Made by a program: the position numbers and the translations under genes | Part shown: positions 46,871 through 57,014 of the stretch, piece after piece | How positions within the stretch are numbered: the first letter of the stretch is position 1 | How the letters are laid out: the number at the start of each line of letters is the position of its first letter | Assembly (NCBI RefSeq): GCF_035594765.1 | Contig: NC_085841.1 | Span: 308,397,402 to 308,461,401 of the forward strand | From: Anolis carolinensis | Lineage: Eukaryota | DNA length: 64,000 nt | Direction of reading: 5' to 3' | The notes under the pieces: generated by a model | Seen by the model: only the letters and a program-made list of their open reading frames with translations | Databases searched by the model: none | What the model was told of the DNA's origin: nothing

Positions 46871-49770
46871 TATGCACATTTGTGGGCAATCATTGGACAG
46901 ATGTGCAGAATTACAATTGTTCAAAAGATTTGGCATTCTAACCCTGAAGATGGACTTTCTAAAAAGAAAGCATGCAAGCCAGTATCCTTTTTTGGTGGGG
47001 GTTTTTAATGTTTGAATTTTTATTGAAACAAACCAGGAAAATTTCATTTTTGAAGTAATCATCAGGATGAAAAGAATATTTGAAAATGTTCTTGTCCTTA
47101 AGAGGTAATAAGTATTTCAACAAACCAAAAATGCATCAAGTTTATTATCAAATTTTGCAAAATAAATATTAATTTGGGACCTCCATGCAGCAATTTTGAA
47201 AAAAAACCTTTTACTCAGAAAATATATAAATGTACATTTATGTAAAATAAATTTTCCTGAAAAATGGTTTTAGCAAGTCCATACTTTTGACACAAACCCC
47301 AATTCTTTTCACAAGTGAGTTTTTGCAAGAAGTTCCAAAGTTTAAAAAAAAACATCAAAATATAATAAATATAAGAAAACTCTTATGTCATTCAAAAGAG
47401 AGAACACCTTAGAAATTATATATTCTTATACACAAGTATGAACATTGCACAAATCTATATCCCTACCAAATTGGAATGATAACTATGAAAGAACTAGATA
47501 TGATGTCCTCAAGTGCTGGAGTGGACACCTGCAAAGAGGATGGGGCAGAGCACACTGGCACACCCGAAATGTCCATTACACTTCGGGTTTTGATTTTAGT
47601 CAATTTCCAGCTACATTTATTTGGAGTTGGGGATATGTTTGTGGGGAAGGGAATCACTTCATTTTTTCTAAAGCTTCAAGGACCTCAAATGTGGCCACAC
47701 ATTGCCAAACAGTAGTCACATATAAGCATGTATCATTGAATATAAAAACCAGGATCATCCATATCATAACATTTCTTATTTCTTTGTATAGAGATAAAAG
47801 TTGGACAGTCAAAAATGCAAAAAATAATTTGAAATGTGGTGATGGATGAGAGTTCTACAGCTACCAAAATACAAATAGATAAAACTAAAAGCAGACAAAG
47901 CCAGAACTCCCAGTATAGTCATATATAAGTTGGTAAAAATGAAGTTTGATGATGAAATAGATAGATCCATATGCAGTCCTTTTCTGCAAGGCTGCTTCCT
48001 CATTAACATGTTATTTTCTCCTCATAGCTAAATAGTTCTTTCATTAATCTAAAAATGTCTCATCGATTTTGGGGTCTTTGATCTGAGGCCCTTGCAAAGC
48101 TAATACCCAAACCTTCTTATAACGTTCTCCTGATTTACTTGCTTACTTGACAACCTGCTACATTAAAAGATGTCTATTTTACTTGCTGTTAAATTCAGCT
48201 TCAGTGAGTAAACATCTGTTGGATAGAACACCAGACTCACTGCTACAGCATATAGTGAGTCAATGGTTTGGATATCTGCTCCAGTACTTGAAGAACCTGC
48301 TGCATTGAGGTCATTATAATCCTGTAAATTATCTGCTTCATTCATGCAGAGCCTCTTTCTGTCCACTTAATAGCACACTGTGAAGGTGGTCATATAACCC
48401 CAGCCAAATCAAGCCAATAGACAGAGAAAAATATCATTGTTATTGGTTGGAGACTCCACCAATATCATTGCTGTCACTTGTCAAGTAACTGACTGAAGGA
48501 AACGTATAGTTAACTAGCTACAGTTTGGCACCATGTGTGAAGGAAGGAAGGTAAAGGACAAGTGAATTGGCATAACACTGCTGACTCTGTGTATCTACAG
48601 TCTCATCTGGGATGGGTTGTTTGAGTTACTTCTTTGCTTGGTGAGTGTCTTAAAATATAGAAGCATATTCTTACATATTATAGCCACGTCCCAAATCTGT
48701 CTGTCTTCAGATATTTCTTTGTCAGCTTAAACACTTTAATGCTGAATATATACAATTGCTCTCATTTATATACTCTTGGTAGACCTGATGTATTTGTTAG
48801 CTGAAAAGGTTAAAGATGCAGCATACTTAACATGAGAGAAAATTACTTATCTATTAAAGAAACGTATGACAGTACATGTAATTTGTTCCCACTCTGTTGT
48901 AACCATAGTCTTGTCTCGGGTAGTCCACCCCACTGCACTGATAGCTTGATTCAAGATCAATGTATGTTGTCTTCACTGTGCTAGGAATGAGTCCAGGTAT
49001 AAATATCTCTTGCAGTGGCTGGAATTCATAGATCAGCCCATGCCACAAGAAGAAAGCTGAGGAGGAATTCAGACCATGGAACCTGGCCTTGGATAATTTT
49101 CCCACTGATGTGAGAATTCAGGTACTGGTGGAAGAACAGGCAGGAAGTCAAACTGGAGGCAGTGAAATTCAAGGATGGCTACAAGCATCCAGGCATGGCT
49201 TCTCACATCTTCCTGTAACAAATAACTGCAAGGTTTTGTTAAAGTTGGACTCCCTCATTCACTTCCAGGAAACTACTGGCATGCAAAATAGACTTGTCTG
49301 ATTTTTCAGGCATTGTTTGTGGCAGTATTAAGAGGATCCTGATTTTATCACAGGATCCAAAATAAAACATGTACTCAGAATTTGCACCGTTCTCCTCAGT
49401 TCGTTGGCATAATGGTAGGATCATCTCCAGAATTCTCTGGTTCAAAAGCTTTTAATGTAAAAAGGATTCTCCCTCCCAATTCACCCCCTATTTAATCTCC
49501 TGTTATATGTTGCTCAGAGTATCTAATATCTCATGTTAGAAAACTGATACCAGTGGACTAGTGGACGATACTTGTCTTAACTATAGGACAGGTAGAACCT
49601 CGGCATATGGCTGAGGGTTTGTAACTCAGGATCTTCACAAACCCTTGTTCCTGGAACAGAAAATATAGCTTCAAAATAATGCTCAGATTGTGCATAGTAA
49701 GTGCATGCCAACATAATATCATAATTAATTTCCTGTGCAATGTTTCATGAATTGTGCATTTGCATGCTGT

Positions 49771-51969
49771 TCAACTTTGGCAGTTTTCTGTAGAATTACA
49801 TTTTGATTTGACTCCTGGGTGGACCCATTCCCTCAGTGTTGAACACCGATGCATTAACTGTGCCTTGAAAAATAGACCCAGGACAACAACAATAACAAGT
49901 GGAGAAAGAAAAAATATAAATCCAAATAAATTGTGTTTTCTGTTGTTCAAAGCACGATTCCATGGTGGAGGGGGGCCACTGTCAATGCTGCCTCCATAGC
50001 CTTTATTTTCACAGTTTGGAGGGTCCCAGCCATAATCACAATGACAATGTTTTTGAGTGTTGCATATTCCTCGATTATGACACTCTGTGACATTACAGTC
50101 ATATTTCAAGAGGGACACATCGAGGCACTGCCTGTCAATGCACATCCTGTCCATGCCACAAGGTGTGCCATCCCTCACAGCTCCGATATCAGCTATCCTC
50201 ATTCCACCATGATAGTCTGTACTCCAGCACTCTTTATTGCCAATGGATGATTGAATTATGGTGCTATGTTCCTCCAGAGAAGGTAACTTACGGATATTTT
50301 CACACTGGATTCGGCCACACAGGATATTATCAGAATGACATCTTGTGTAAGTGCCCTGGTTCAGGCCACAGTTACCAAAACGATCGCCTTCTGCATTTAA
50401 GTTTCTGAAGCAACTCTCAGAAGCAACTGTGGCTTTCTTTCCAAATATCATTTTACATTGCCTAACATGAGTAGTACAATTTCCATTATAACAGTATGCA
50501 TTTTCATCGCATGGGGCACCATCTTGTACATAAACATCTTTAGGACACCACTCAGAAGTACCATTGCAATACTCAGGAAGATCACAAATACTAGTATTAT
50601 CTCTACAAATAGATTGAGCTGGAGCATATTGACATTTTGCACAGCACAGTCCAAAAGCACAAATAGCACCTGAACGCAATCTACAGTTAGACTGACAACA
50701 TCGATCAGTTTCACAGTCGGCTTTGGAACCACAGTCACATTGTTCTCCGTTTTCTACTATTCTGTTTCCACAATATTTGACTTTATATATTTTATCATGA
50801 TCTGGTGGAATTAACAAACAATCTGTATTCCTTAGTTTGAAATAGTCACTGTAACTGCAATTGCTAAACATATCACTGTTTGAGTGAAATTCATCCATGA
50901 TACAAGAACGCCGATTACACCTACAGTAAATACCATCATGTCTCATTCCAAGAATATGTCCTAATTCATGGGCAAATGTGACAGAAAAATATAATAAAGT
51001 GTAATCCACATATGAAGCTACAGCAGATGCTCCTGTCTTATCACAAATTGTTCCTATAGGTGCTAGTCCTAGTGTCCTTCCAAAATATTTGTATACAAAT
51101 AAATGGGCTGCATCATTTTCTAGACGCTTACTAAGTGAATTTCTTCTCCATATGGCAAAAGAATTGAAAGTTTTCATTATGCTATCAGCAATATATATGA
51201 GATTTTTTTCTGTCCAGATTTCTAATCCAGCAACAGATACCTTAACAGAAAGTGGTTCATAAAATGCATCTGCAATATGGACAATATCCAGAACTTGTAT
51301 ACCAATAACAGTTTCATTTTTGTCAAATTTCAAATATCGTTCATGTTCTATCACAATTGCTACCTTCACATACCTGGTGTGTGCCCACCAGTCACTTCTG
51401 GAATTACTTTTGGTTAGTTCATTCTCTGTGTTTGGCATCATGCTCTCCTGGTGGTTTTGCTCTTCTTCTGTTACTCCACATTTCATTTTTACATCACCCT
51501 CCTTTTCTTCCAATCGATACACTACATGTTGAAAGTTAGGAGAGGCCTGGACAGGTTCAATCTCATAGGTGTTGTTTTCTAATTGAAATAGACCCCTAAG
51601 TCCCCCTGAACAAGTGCTGATGGCAGCCAAAGAAGAGAGTTTTCCCTTTATATAACCCTGGTAGAAACAGTTGTTCCGAATGAATGGATAATCCACCTGG
51701 AGTTCTCCTTGCTTAGAGTAGGTCAAGACCGGAATGTTTTTAGGAGCAAAGCTCTTCTTTTGGCGAAGGTGCACCATGTGACCCCTGCCTTCAATTTGCA
51801 AATGGTAGGTGACCTCTAGTGCCTCTTGTTGTCCATACCTTGGCATCACTTTCCTTGGAATGGTCACTTCATAGGAAGCATACCTAAAACCCTGTGGTGG
51901 TGTCTGACTTTCCATCTCATTGAGAACATTCCATAAAATCAGCAGCAGCTGGGAAGATTTATTCAACAT
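49771..51969 (-). CDS. ADAM20/ADAM21-like metalloproteinase, copy 4 (732 aa from the first ATG)
   Basis: HELGHILGMRHD, full domain set, intact ORF. The track start at 51990 is GTG; first ATG is 51969. Confidence 0.94.
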   Translation of the reverse strand: MLNKSSQLLLILWNVLNEMESQTPPQGFRYASYEVTIPRKVMPRYGQQEALEVTYHLQIEGRGHMVHLRQKKSFAPKNIPVLTYSKQGELQVDYPFIRNNCFYQGYIKGKLSSLAAISTCSGGLRGLFQLENNTYEIEPVQASPNFQHVVYRLEEKEGDVKMKCGVTEEEQNHQESMMPNTENELTKSNSRSDWWAHTRYVKVAIVIEHERYLKFDKNETVIGIQVLDIVHIADAFYEPLSVKVSVAGLEIWTEKNLIYIADSIMKTFNSFAIWRRNSLSKRLENDAAHLFVYKYFGRTLGLAPIGTICDKTGASAVASYVDYTLLYFSVTFAHELGHILGMRHDGIYCRCNRRSCIMDEFHSNSDMFSNCSYSDYFKLRNTDCLLIPPDHDKIYKVKYCGNRIVENGEQCDCGSKADCETDRCCQSNCRLRSGAICAFGLCCAKCQYAPAQSICRDNTSICDLPEYCNGTSEWCPKDVYVQDGAPCDENAYCYNGNCTTHVRQCKMIFGKKATVASESCFRNLNAEGDRFGNCGLNQGTYTRCHSDNILCGRIQCENIRKLPSLEEHSTIIQSSIGNKECWSTDYHGGMRIADIGAVRDGTPCGMDRMCIDRQCLDVSLLKYDCNVTECHNRGICNTQKHCHCDYGWDPPNCENKGYGGSIDSGPPPPWNRALNNRKHNLFGFIFFLSPLVIVVVLGLFFKAQLMHRCSTLREWVHPGVKSKCNSTENCQS

Positions 51970-52122
51970 GTTATCTGAGGAGAACTCCACGCTGCCTTCC
52001 TAGGGAGAACAGAGAGCCTTTTACATAGAATCATAGAATCATAGAATCATAGAATAGTAGAGTTGGAAGAGACCTCAAGGGCCATCTAGTCCAACCCCCC
52101 GCTAAGAAGCAGGAAATCGCAT

Positions 52123-54858
52123 TCAAAGCACCCCCGACAGATGGCCATCCAGCCTCTGCTTAAAAGCCTCCAAAGAAGGAGCCTCCACCACAGTCCGGGG
52201 GAGAGAGTTCCACTGCCGAACAGCCCTCACAGTGAGGAAGTTCTTCCTGATGTTCAGGTGGAATCTCCTTTCCTGTAGTTTGAAGCCATTGTTCCGTGTC
52301 CTAGTCTGCAGGGCAGCAGAAAATAAGCTTGCTCCCTCCTCCCTATGACTTCCCCTCACATATTTGTACATGGCTATCATGTCTCCTCTCAGCCTTCTCT
52401 TCTGCAGGCTAAACATGCCCAGCTCTTTAAGCCTCTCCTCATAGGGCTTGTTCTCCAGACCCTTAATCATTTTAGTTGCCCTCCTCTGGACGCTTTCCAG
52501 CTTGTCAGCATCTCCCTTCATCTGCGGTGCCCAAAACTGGACACAGTATTCCAGGTGTGGTCTGACCAAGGCAGAATAGAGGGGGAGCATGACTTCCCTG
52601 GATCTAGACGTTATTCCCCTATTGATGCAGGCCAAAATCCCATTGGCTTTTTTAGCTGCCGCGTCACATTGTAGGCTCATGTTTAACTTGTTGTCCACAA
52701 GGACTCCAAGATCTTTTTCGCACACACTGCTGTCAAGCCAGGCGTCCCCCATTCTGTATCTTTGATTTCCATTTTTTCTGCCGAAGTGAAGTATCTTGCA
52801 TTTGTCCCTGTTGAACTTCATTTTGTTAGTTTCGGCCCATCTCTCTAGTCTGTCAAGATCGTTTTGAATTCTGCTCCTGTCTTCTGGAGTGTTAGCTATC
52901 CCTCCGAGTTTGGTGTCATCTGCAAACTTGATGATCGTGCCTTCTAACCCTTCGTCTAAGTCGTTAATAAAGATGTTGAACAGAACCGGGCCCAGGACGG
53001 AGCCCTGCGGCACTCCACTTGTCACTTCTTTCCATGATGAAGACGACGCATTGGTGAGCACCCTTTGGGTTCGTTCGCTTAGCCAATTACAGATCCACCT
53101 AACCGTAGTTTTGTCTAGCCCACATTTTACTAGTTTGTTTGCCAGAAGGTCGTGGGGGACTTTGTCGAAGGCCTTACTGAAATCTAGATATGCTACATCC
53201 ACGGCATTCCCTGTATCGACCCAACTCGTAACTCTATCGAAAAAAGAGATCAGATTAGTCTGGCATGACTTGTTTTTGGTAAATCCGTGTTGACTATTAG
53301 CAATGACCGCATTTGTTTCTAAGTGTTTGCAGACCACTTCCTTAATGATCTTTTCCAGAATCTTGCCTGGTATTGATGTGAGGCTGACCGGACGGTAATT
53401 GTTTGGGTCGTTCTTTTTTCCCTTCTTGAAGATAGGGACCACATTCGCCCTCCTCCAATCTGCTGGGACTTCTCCTGTTCTCCAAGAACTCTCGAAGATG
53501 ATTGCCAGTGGTTCTGAAATAACTTCCGCTAGTTCCTTCAATACTCTTGGATGTAGCTGATCTGGCCCTGGGGACTTGAATTCGTTTAGAGTGGCCAGGT
53601 GTTCCTGGACAACTTGTTTCCCTATTTGGGGTTGGATTTCCCCCAATCCTTCGTCCATTCCATGTTGCTGAGGTTGAAGATGGCTTTCTTTTTGTGAGAA
53701 GACCGAGGCAAAGAAGGCATTAAGCAGTTCTGCCTTTTCCCTATCCCCTGTCACCATCACCCCATCTACTCCTTGCAGTGGCCCTATCGCCTCCTTTTTC
53801 TTCCTTTTTCTACCAACATAAGCAAAAAAACCTTTTTTGTTGTTTTTTATGTCCCTGGCAAGCCTGAGCTCATTTTGCGCTTTAGCCTTGCGAACCTTTT
53901 CCCTACAGGAGTTGGCTATACGTTTGAATTCTTCTTTGGTGATTTCTCCCCTTTTCCACTTCTTGTGCATGTCACTTTTGAGCTTTAGCTCAGTTAGAAG
54001 TTCTTTGGACATCCATTCTGGCTTCTTTGCACTTGTCTTATTTTTCTTCTTTGTTGGCACTGTTTGCATTTGCGCCTTGAGTATTTCACTTTTGAAAAAC
54101 TCCCATCCATCCTTAACTCCCTTGTTTTTTAATATCGGCGTCCATGGAATGCCGCTCAGTAATTCCTTCATTTTTTGGAAGTCAGCTCTCTTAAAGTCCA
54201 GAATGCGTGTTTGACTTGTCTTAGTTTCAGCATTCCTTTGTATTGCAAACTGCAGGAGCACATGGTCACTTGCCCCTAAGGATCCAACCACTTCAACTGT
54301 ATTGATCAGGTCTTCCACATTTGTTAAGATTAGATCAAGAGTTGCTGATCCCCTTGTTGCCTCTTCTACCTTCTGGACCATAAAATTATCTGCAAGGCAA
54401 GTGAGGAATTTGTTGGACTTTGTACTCTTGGCTGAGTTTGTTTTCCAGCAGATATCGGGATAATTGAAATCGCCCATGACTACTATATCTCTTCTTTGTG
54501 CCTGTTTGGTCAGCTGTTGACAGAAGGCTTCATCAAGTCCTTCATCCTGACTCGGAGGTCTGTAGTAGACACCCACGACAAGATCTTTTTGAGTCCCGGT
54601 TCCCTTGATTCTTATCCAGATGCTTTCAAGCTGGTTTCCCGGATTACAGTCTTGCATTTCTTCTGCAACGTAACTGTTTTTGACATATAAAGCTACTCCC
54701 CCTCCTCTCCCCTTTGTTCTATTTCTGTGAAAGAGGTTATAGCCCTCAATGGTTAAATTCCAGTGATGGGAGTCATCCCACCAGGTTTCAGTGATGCCTA
54801 TGACATCGTATGTGTGGTGCTGTGCTAGGAGTTGGAGTTCGTCTTGCTTATTTCCCAT
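52123..54858 (-). CDS. CR1 ORF2: APE endonuclease and reverse transcriptase (frame stays open upstream past the ORF1 stop)
   Basis: ITETW, YRPP, GDFN, SDH endonuclease motifs; PQGSVLGP and FADD RT motifs; no stops. Confidence 0.96.
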   Translation of the reverse strand: MGNKQDELQLLAQHHTYDVIGITETWWDDSHHWNLTIEGYNLFHRNRTKGRGGGVALYVKNSYVAEEMQDCNPGNQLESIWIRIKGTGTQKDLVVGVYYRPPSQDEGLDEAFCQQLTKQAQRRDIVVMGDFNYPDICWKTNSAKSTKSNKFLTCLADNFMVQKVEEATRGSATLDLILTNVEDLINTVEVVGSLGASDHVLLQFAIQRNAETKTSQTRILDFKRADFQKMKELLSGIPWTPILKNKGVKDGWEFFKSEILKAQMQTVPTKKKNKTSAKKPEWMSKELLTELKLKSDMHKKWKRGEITKEEFKRIANSCREKVRKAKAQNELRLARDIKNNKKGFFAYVGRKRKKKEAIGPLQGVDGVMVTGDREKAELLNAFFASVFSQKESHLQPQQHGMDEGLGEIQPQIGKQVVQEHLATLNEFKSPGPDQLHPRVLKELAEVISEPLAIIFESSWRTGEVPADWRRANVVPIFKKGKKNDPNNYRPVSLTSIPGKILEKIIKEVVCKHLETNAVIANSQHGFTKNKSCQTNLISFFDRVTSWVDTGNAVDVAYLDFSKAFDKVPHDLLANKLVKCGLDKTTVRWICNWLSERTQRVLTNASSSSWKEVTSGVPQGSVLGPVLFNIFINDLDEGLEGTIIKFADDTKLGGIANTPEDRSRIQNDLDRLERWAETNKMKFNRDKCKILHFGRKNGNQRYRMGDAWLDSSVCEKDLGVLVDNKLNMSLQCDAAAKKANGILACINRGITSRSREVMLPLYSALVRPHLEYCVQFWAPQMKGDADKLESVQRRATKMIKGLENKPYEERLKELGMFSLQKRRLRGDMIAMYKYVRGSHREEGASLFSAALQTRTRNNGFKLQERRFHLNIRKNFLTVRAVRQWNSLPRTVVEAPSLEAFKQRLDGHLSGVL

Positions 54859-55049
54859 GCTCTGAGCATTAGTGTAAAGACATGTAAGCCCCTGTGACCT
54901 CCCCTCGAACTGTTTATTTGGGATTATTGTGCTCTCTGTACTTGGTCCTTGCTGTGTTTGTGCAGCCCTCCGTTTAGCCTTACGGCGGTTCCCTGTGGTC
55001 GTGGGTAATATAGTGTTCGCCAGGCTGTTGTTCCCCTCCCCCAGTGGAT

Positions 55050-56321
55050 TTAGTTTAAAGTGCGCCTGATGAGGTTTGTGAGTCTGTGTGCAAAAAGATG
55101 TTTTCCTACTTGTGTGAGATGCACCCCATCGCTTGCCAGTAGTCCATCCTCTTGGAAGAGTAGACCATGGTCAAGGAAGCCAAAATGCTCCTCTTGACAC
55201 CATTTTCTGAGCCAGTTATTGACCTGTACTATTTTTCCGGCCCTTGTAGAGCCATGTCCTACAACGGGGAGGAGGGATGAAAAGATCACATGTACATTAT
55301 ACAGTTTTAGCTTTGTTCCCAGAGCTCGAAAATCATTTGTGATCTTTTGAAAAGTATGCCTAGCGGTGTCATTGGTACCTACATGAATCAACATAAGGTG
55401 GGGAGGGTGATGGGGCTTTAGGAGCCTGCTGAGCCTCTGAGTGATATGGTGTATTTTTGCCCCCGGGAGGCAGCATGTTTCTCGAGCCATCCCATCCGGT
55501 CTGGAAATGATGGCTTCCGTTCCTCTAAGGAGGGAGTCACCTACTACCAAGACCTGTTTCCTTTGAGGATTGACAGGGTCCCTTTTGTGCAAGACAGTGT
55601 GTATGTCCCCTGAAGAGTGTTCCTGTTGAAGTGAATCATGTAGGTGTAAAGTGTTGTCCTCCTCCTCAACATCCCCAGTGCATTCATCAATGACAATCCA
55701 TTGAGATACATCCGAGAGCCCATTACTCTCCCAAGGATGTTCCTGTTGCTCCTGGTCTATGATTGGGGATGGAGCATTTGCATGATTACATAAGTGTGAC
55801 TGTGGTGATGCACTGTCCCCGTCAGGGCTATCCCCTGCGCATTGATCCAGGATGGTCCACTGAGTGGTATCTAAGAAACTGTGGTCCTCCACAAGATGTG
55901 TTTCCTGATTGTATGTTAATGATGTAAGAATTTCAAATCTGTTGTGTAAATGCAGCTGAGCAGAGGAGTTCTGCGGAGGCTGCCTGGTCCTGCGTCTCCT
56001 TCTATGGGTGACCTCCTTCCAAGCCTGAGGGTTGTCTACCTTTGAGTTGATCTCCCCATAAGGTTCCTGATCATGGTCTTGGTGGTGTTGGTGTGATGCA
56101 GGCTGCTGATCTACAGCAGCGTGTTGTGCAGTGTCCAAGAAGAGCTCGAGTGCCTGAATGTCCTTAAGGGTCTTAATACGGTGCTCGAGCTGTTGGATCC
56201 TCTGCTCCATCAGAGTCATCTGTTTGCATTTGGAGCAGATGTAGTTGTCTAGTTTTTGTGTGAAAAAGCGGAACATGCCACAGCTGGTGCATGTGATGGG
56301 AATGTTTTGCTTTTGTTGCAT
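55050..56321 (-). CDS. CR1 ORF1p: zinc finger, coiled coil, SGNH esterase
   Basis: CTSC..CSKC, heptad segment, GDSL block (VVGDSLL), GTND, DGVH. Confidence 0.93.
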   Translation of the reverse strand: MQQKQNIPITCTSCGMFRFFTQKLDNYICSKCKQMTLMEQRIQQLEHRIKTLKDIQALELFLDTAQHAAVDQQPASHQHHQDHDQEPYGEINSKVDNPQAWKEVTHRRRRRTRQPPQNSSAQLHLHNRFEILTSLTYNQETHLVEDHSFLDTTQWTILDQCAGDSPDGDSASPQSHLCNHANAPSPIIDQEQQEHPWESNGLSDVSQWIVIDECTGDVEEEDNTLHLHDSLQQEHSSGDIHTVLHKRDPVNPQRKQVLVVGDSLLRGTEAIISRPDGMARETCCLPGAKIHHITQRLSRLLKPHHPPHLMLIHVGTNDTARHTFQKITNDFRALGTKLKLYNVHVIFSSLLPVVGHGSTRAGKIVQVNNWLRKWCQEEHFGFLDHGLLFQEDGLLASDGVHLTQVGKHLFAHRLTNLIRRTLN

Positions 56322-56478
56322 CTCTTGGTGAGCGTGGTGGCCAAGTGGGATCTTTGTACAGTTAAGTAATATGCACGCACTTTATGTGCAGACTGCAACA
56401 AACCACGTCTTTGTGTATTTGTTTATGTTGCTTTGTTTCTTGTATGTACTGCAAAGGATAGTTAGTAAAGGTGCCTTT

Positions 56479-56792
56479 TTCTGCGAGAACCAACTGCCCT
56501 TCTGGGATCAGGCTCTGGCAGAAACTCACACTGGCAAATAAAGCTTTCCCAGAAACTCAATTAACAGGGGACAATGCCTGCTGTCAATCAACTTAAGTAC
56601 CTGGCTCTCTTTCAACACAACAGTCACACAACAGTTAGACTTTGACCACAGGAGCCAAGCCCAAACTCAGTTTAAAATCTTAGCCAAATCTTAGCCAAAT
56701 CCTACCTGAAGCCAGGGAGCAAAAATGTCCTCCTGCTTCCTCTGCTTCTGCGAGAACCAACTGCCCTTCTGGGATCAGGCTCTGGCAGAAAC
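56479..56792 (-). repeat. 47-bp perfect direct repeat in the CR1 5' UTR (56479-56525 and 56746-56792)
   Basis: TTCTGCGAGAACCAACTGCCCTTCTGGGATCAGGCTCTGGCAGAAAC occurs twice. Confidence 0.95.
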
Positions 56793-56862
56793 ACCTGGGT
56801 TGGGCCTGAAGAAAGATTGAAAAGAGGTTGTGTGTGTGTGATTGAGATTGAGAAGTGTTCTA

Positions 56863-56910
56863 TCCATAGCAACAGTCAATGGGTTTCCATTGGAATGGGG
56901 GCGGAGCTTG
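56863..56910 (-). promoter_or_regulatory. Conserved upstream motif block of ADAM copy 4, displaced by the CR1
   Basis: CATAGCAACAGTCAATGGGTTTCCATTGGAATGGGGGCGGAG aligns with the other three blocks. Confidence 0.65.
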
Positions 56911-57014
56911 GGAATTCAATGGTGGAAAACATTGAGGGGTGGATGGATGGCAAAGGAATGTGTCTGAATGGTAGTTAATGATATGGCAAGAGGAGTAGAA
57001 GCTGAGCGCACTGA

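Larger units (their letters stand above)
52024..56792 (-). mobile_element. Full-length, apparently intact CR1 LINE
   Basis: 5' UTR with a 47-bp direct repeat, intact ORF1 and ORF2, (ATTCTATG)n tail; no clear TSD. Confidence 0.96.

Noticed and set aside
9618-50738. Similar alternative-frame ORFs inside each ADAM disintegrin region (9618-9941, 20754-21227, 31273-31596, 50448-50738)
   Set aside because: Expected shadow of Cys-rich TGT/TGC codons in paralogous sequence; starts and stops differ between copies
8962-51969. Snake-venom metalloproteinase cluster
   Set aside because: These genes have EGF, TM and tail regions, single-exon CDSs and SYNJ2BP synteny; SVMPs are secreted, multi-exon and ADAM28-derived
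52345-54690. Plus-strand ORFs antisense to CR1 ORF2 (and likewise within Gypsy and Vingi)
   Set aside because: Antisense shadows of TE coding sequence with no independent support
56479-56525. Hammerhead ribozyme in the CR1 5' repeat
   Set aside because: Has CTGA but lacks the CUGANGA and GAAA core arrangement; it is a simple hairpin
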